From positions 1 to 60,307 of the forward strand of contig JBFLZG010000113.1 of the NCBI GenBank assembly GCA_040756235.1: a stretch of DNA of 60,307 bases, read 5' to 3'. Positions 58,126-60,307 of this stretch are shown here, piece by piece. The DNA is from a bacterium. GTDB lineage: Bacteria; Desulfobacterota; DSWW01. How positions within the stretch are numbered: position 1 is the stretch's first letter; each line of letters opens with the position of its first letter. A model generated the notes under the pieces. That model worked only from the letters and a program-made list of their open reading frames with translations. It was not told the origin of the DNA and ran no database searches. The position numbers were made by a program, and so were the translations under genes.

Positions 58126-59358
58126 ATGAACGCGGATCGTCGACTCGGCCGAAGACAGCTCCTCCTGGGCGCCGGCAGCCTGTTTGCCTGGCAGATTGTC
58201 TCTGCTCGCACCGGCACGCGGGGGTCGGCGTCCGCGGCGGAACCCGGGGGGATGCAAGCCCCGGAGACGGCGGCCCTGCCTGCCTACCGGCCCCTCGTGG
58301 CGAGCGCCTGGGTGCCGAGAGGGGGGGAGGAGAGCCGCTCGTGCGATCTCTTCAGAAGGATGATCGAGGCCGCCACGGACTTCTCCTGGCTTTCCAGAGG
58401 GGACCGGGTCCTCGTGAAGCTGGCCCTGAACTCGGGCAATCCCTTCCCGGCCACCTCCGATCCCTGGTCCCTGTGGTGCCTCCTGAAGGTCTTGAGCGAG
58501 AAGGGTGCCGGAGAGATCTGGGTGGGAGACCAGGGCGGCGTGGAACATGTCCACTGGAAGCAGGCCGAAAAAAAGGGCAGCTCCCGCGCGCTCTGCGACT
58601 CCGCCGGCCTGCTCCGGATCCTGGGGGAGAGCGGCGCCAAGCCGGTGTTCTTCGAGGAGGGCGGCTACGACGCTTACCTGCCCGCCTTGCCGTCGGGAAC
58701 CCACCACTGGCAGAAGCCGCTTTGGGTCAGCTCGCTCCTGAAGGAGGTGGACCACGTCGTCTATCTGTCCAGGGTTTCCTCCCATGTCCTTGCCGACATC
58801 ACTTCGGGCATGAAGCTCGCGGTCGGATTCCTGCGTGACGACAGCCGCGCAGAGCTCCACCGCAGCGGTGAGAGCTTCTATGCGATGTACGAGGAGATCC
58901 ATCGGGTGCCCGAGATCGCTTCCAGGCTCCGGCTCGCGATCTCCTCCGGAAGGCAGGTCTTCACCACTCTGGGGCCTGACAGAGGCCACCTCGCGGAACC
59001 CGACTTCGGGCTCGTCTTCGCCTCCGAGGACCTCCTGGCTCACGAGCTCCTCGCCTATGCCTGGCTCAAGTGGAACCGCTCCGGGAGCTCGCCTGTCTCG
59101 AAGGTCACCTCAGGCTCCCTCACACGGTTCCGCTCCCCCATGAACCGGATCTTCGTCTGGTGGACGTGGAGGGGGGAGCCCGGTCCCGCCACGCAGGCGC
59201 TTCCTTTCTGGCAGGCCGGGGACGTATGGCGCCATCCGGCCATCGCCAATTTCATTTCCTGGAAGGGAGGACGGCCCGCCGAGGTTTCGTGGCTGGAAGT
59301 GAATGCGGGTCCCGACGAGTCGGTGGCGAGCTACCTCAAGACGGAGATCGGGATATGA
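58126..59358 (+). CDS. Tat-exported DUF362-like protein
   Basis: LGRRQLL twin-Arg; VLVKLALNSGNPFPATSDP, SRVSSH, GMKLAVG, DLLAHE. Confidence 0.75.
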   Translation: MNADRRLGRRQLLLGAGSLFAWQIVSARTGTRGSASAAEPGGMQAPETAALPAYRPLVASAWVPRGGEESRSCDLFRRMIEAATDFSWLSRGDRVLVKLALNSGNPFPATSDPWSLWCLLKVLSEKGAGEIWVGDQGGVEHVHWKQAEKKGSSRALCDSAGLLRILGESGAKPVFFEEGGYDAYLPALPSGTHHWQKPLWVSSLLKEVDHVVYLSRVSSHVLADITSGMKLAVGFLRDDSRAELHRSGESFYAMYEEIHRVPEIASRLRLAISSGRQVFTTLGPDRGHLAEPDFGLVFASEDLLAHELLAYAWLKWNRSGSSPVSKVTSGSLTRFRSPMNRIFVWWTWRGEPGPATQALPFWQAGDVWRHPAIANFISWKGGRPAEVSWLEVNAGPDESVASYLKTEIGI

Positions 59359-59442
59359 GCGCTCTGGGCGCCTGGAGCCGAGCACGTGCCCGCTCTTTTG
59401 GGTGCGAAGCGATCCAACTTCGGGGCACAAGGAGACGGTCAG

Positions 59443-60186
59443 ATGGCTATTCGGGGAAGACTGACAAAGGAGAAGATGGCGTCGAGCATGCCCGCGGATG
59501 CGCCGGCCTACCACAGGAAGCCCTTCCACTACAGGAAAGCCCGGTGGCTGCGCTTTGATTATGAGACCGACCCGGAGGCTGCAGCCGAGTTGGTCCCCGC
59601 CCCGCTCGAGCTGCCTCAGACGGCTACGGCTTCCCTGACCTTTGCCGACTACACGTGGTCCACTTTGGGTTCGTACCGGGAAACGATTCTTTCCATCCAG
59701 GCGCTGGATGGAGGTGAAGAGCTTCCGTACCTGGCCTACCTCATGCTGAACCGTGAGGTCCCGGTCCTCGTGGGCCGCGAGGTGTACGGATTCCCCAAGA
59801 AGATGGGAGTCGTGGAATTCTTCGAGGAGGAAGACCTCATGGCCGCCTATGTGGAGCGGCCGAGGGGCATCCGGATTTGCTCCGGCGTGATGCGGCCGGA
59901 GCAATCGGTAGGATCTCCTCTGCCGGCCGGAAGCTCCGTCGACGCTCTCTCTCTGAGGATCCTTCCCAGCCCGGAGAGAGACCAGGAGCACTCCCTCGTG
60001 GAGATCATCCGCACGGGTTTCGTCGTCCGTTCGATGGAGGTCTGGACCGGCCCCGGCAACTGCCACTTTACGGGCGCGTCCGCGCTCGATCCATGGCACA
60101 AGCTTCCGGTCAAAAGAATGCTCGGTTGCAGCTACCTGATTTTCGATGCGGAGCTGGCCCCTGGAAAGGTCCTGTACACACTCTAG
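59443..60186 (+). CDS. acetoacetate decarboxylase family protein
   Basis: YETDPEAAAELVPAPLE, GSYRE, GREVYGFPKK (catalytic Lys pair), DPWHKLPV. Confidence 0.88.
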   Translation: MAIRGRLTKEKMASSMPADAPAYHRKPFHYRKARWLRFDYETDPEAAAELVPAPLELPQTATASLTFADYTWSTLGSYRETILSIQALDGGEELPYLAYLMLNREVPVLVGREVYGFPKKMGVVEFFEEEDLMAAYVERPRGIRICSGVMRPEQSVGSPLPAGSSVDALSLRILPSPERDQEHSLVEIIRTGFVVRSMEVWTGPGNCHFTGASALDPWHKLPVKRMLGCSYLIFDAELAPGKVLYTL

Positions 60187-60307
60187 CTAGAGCCTGTCCC
60201 AAAAGTAGTTGAGCAACGATTTTGAGGTGTTAGTGGCCAAAAAGAAAGAGCAAAGCGGGGCGGATGCCACTGCTTTGCTCCATTTGGTGTGCTATAAGCT
60301 CCAGTGA
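60187..60307. mobile_element. probable end of an IS5-family-like insertion sequence at the window edge
   Basis: CTAGCTAG followed by AGCCTGTCCCAAAA, resembling TAGAGCCTGT-type IS termini, with an abrupt drop in GC. No transposase is visible. Confidence 0.45.

Overview
This is a GC-rich bacterial chromosomal segment. The gene content (AOR, DUF362/polyferredoxin, larBC, BirA box) suggests an anaerobic deltaproteobacterium (Desulfobacterota-like); that assignment is an inference. Bases 1-14.2 kb form a visibly less GC-rich acyl-CoA/beta-oxidation island. Its intact genes are three acyl-CoA dehydrogenases, an enoyl-CoA hydratase, two thiolases, an HMGS-like/DUF35 fusion, an MFE2-type SDR, an orphan B12-binding subunit and a PAI-like FAD fatty-acid isomerase. 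At least six deletion remnants lie between them. The rest is mostly core genome: AOR, priA, tRNA-Ala(CGC), dksA, a DUF6599-DUF362-polyferredoxin operon, trmN6, dciA, cmoA with an ICMT-family methyltransferase, pyrB, speB, ugd, hrcA-grpE-dnaJ (no dnaK), lpoA, lon, two CNNM genes, larBC, an HD-GYP regulator and bioBFAD with a BirA operator. A probable IS end lies at the right edge. The main unexplained signal is a ~215-nt intergenic element present twice (33506-33718 on +, 54605-54819 on -). Its differences preserve base pairing, which points to a structured RNA I cannot assign to a known family. One copy is bracketed by a perfect 95-bp REP-containing direct repeat inside the biotin operon. Also notable are cmoA paired with a membrane methyltransferase instead of cmoB, and a multi-copy MITE family. 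All family assignments are from motif recognition, not database searches.
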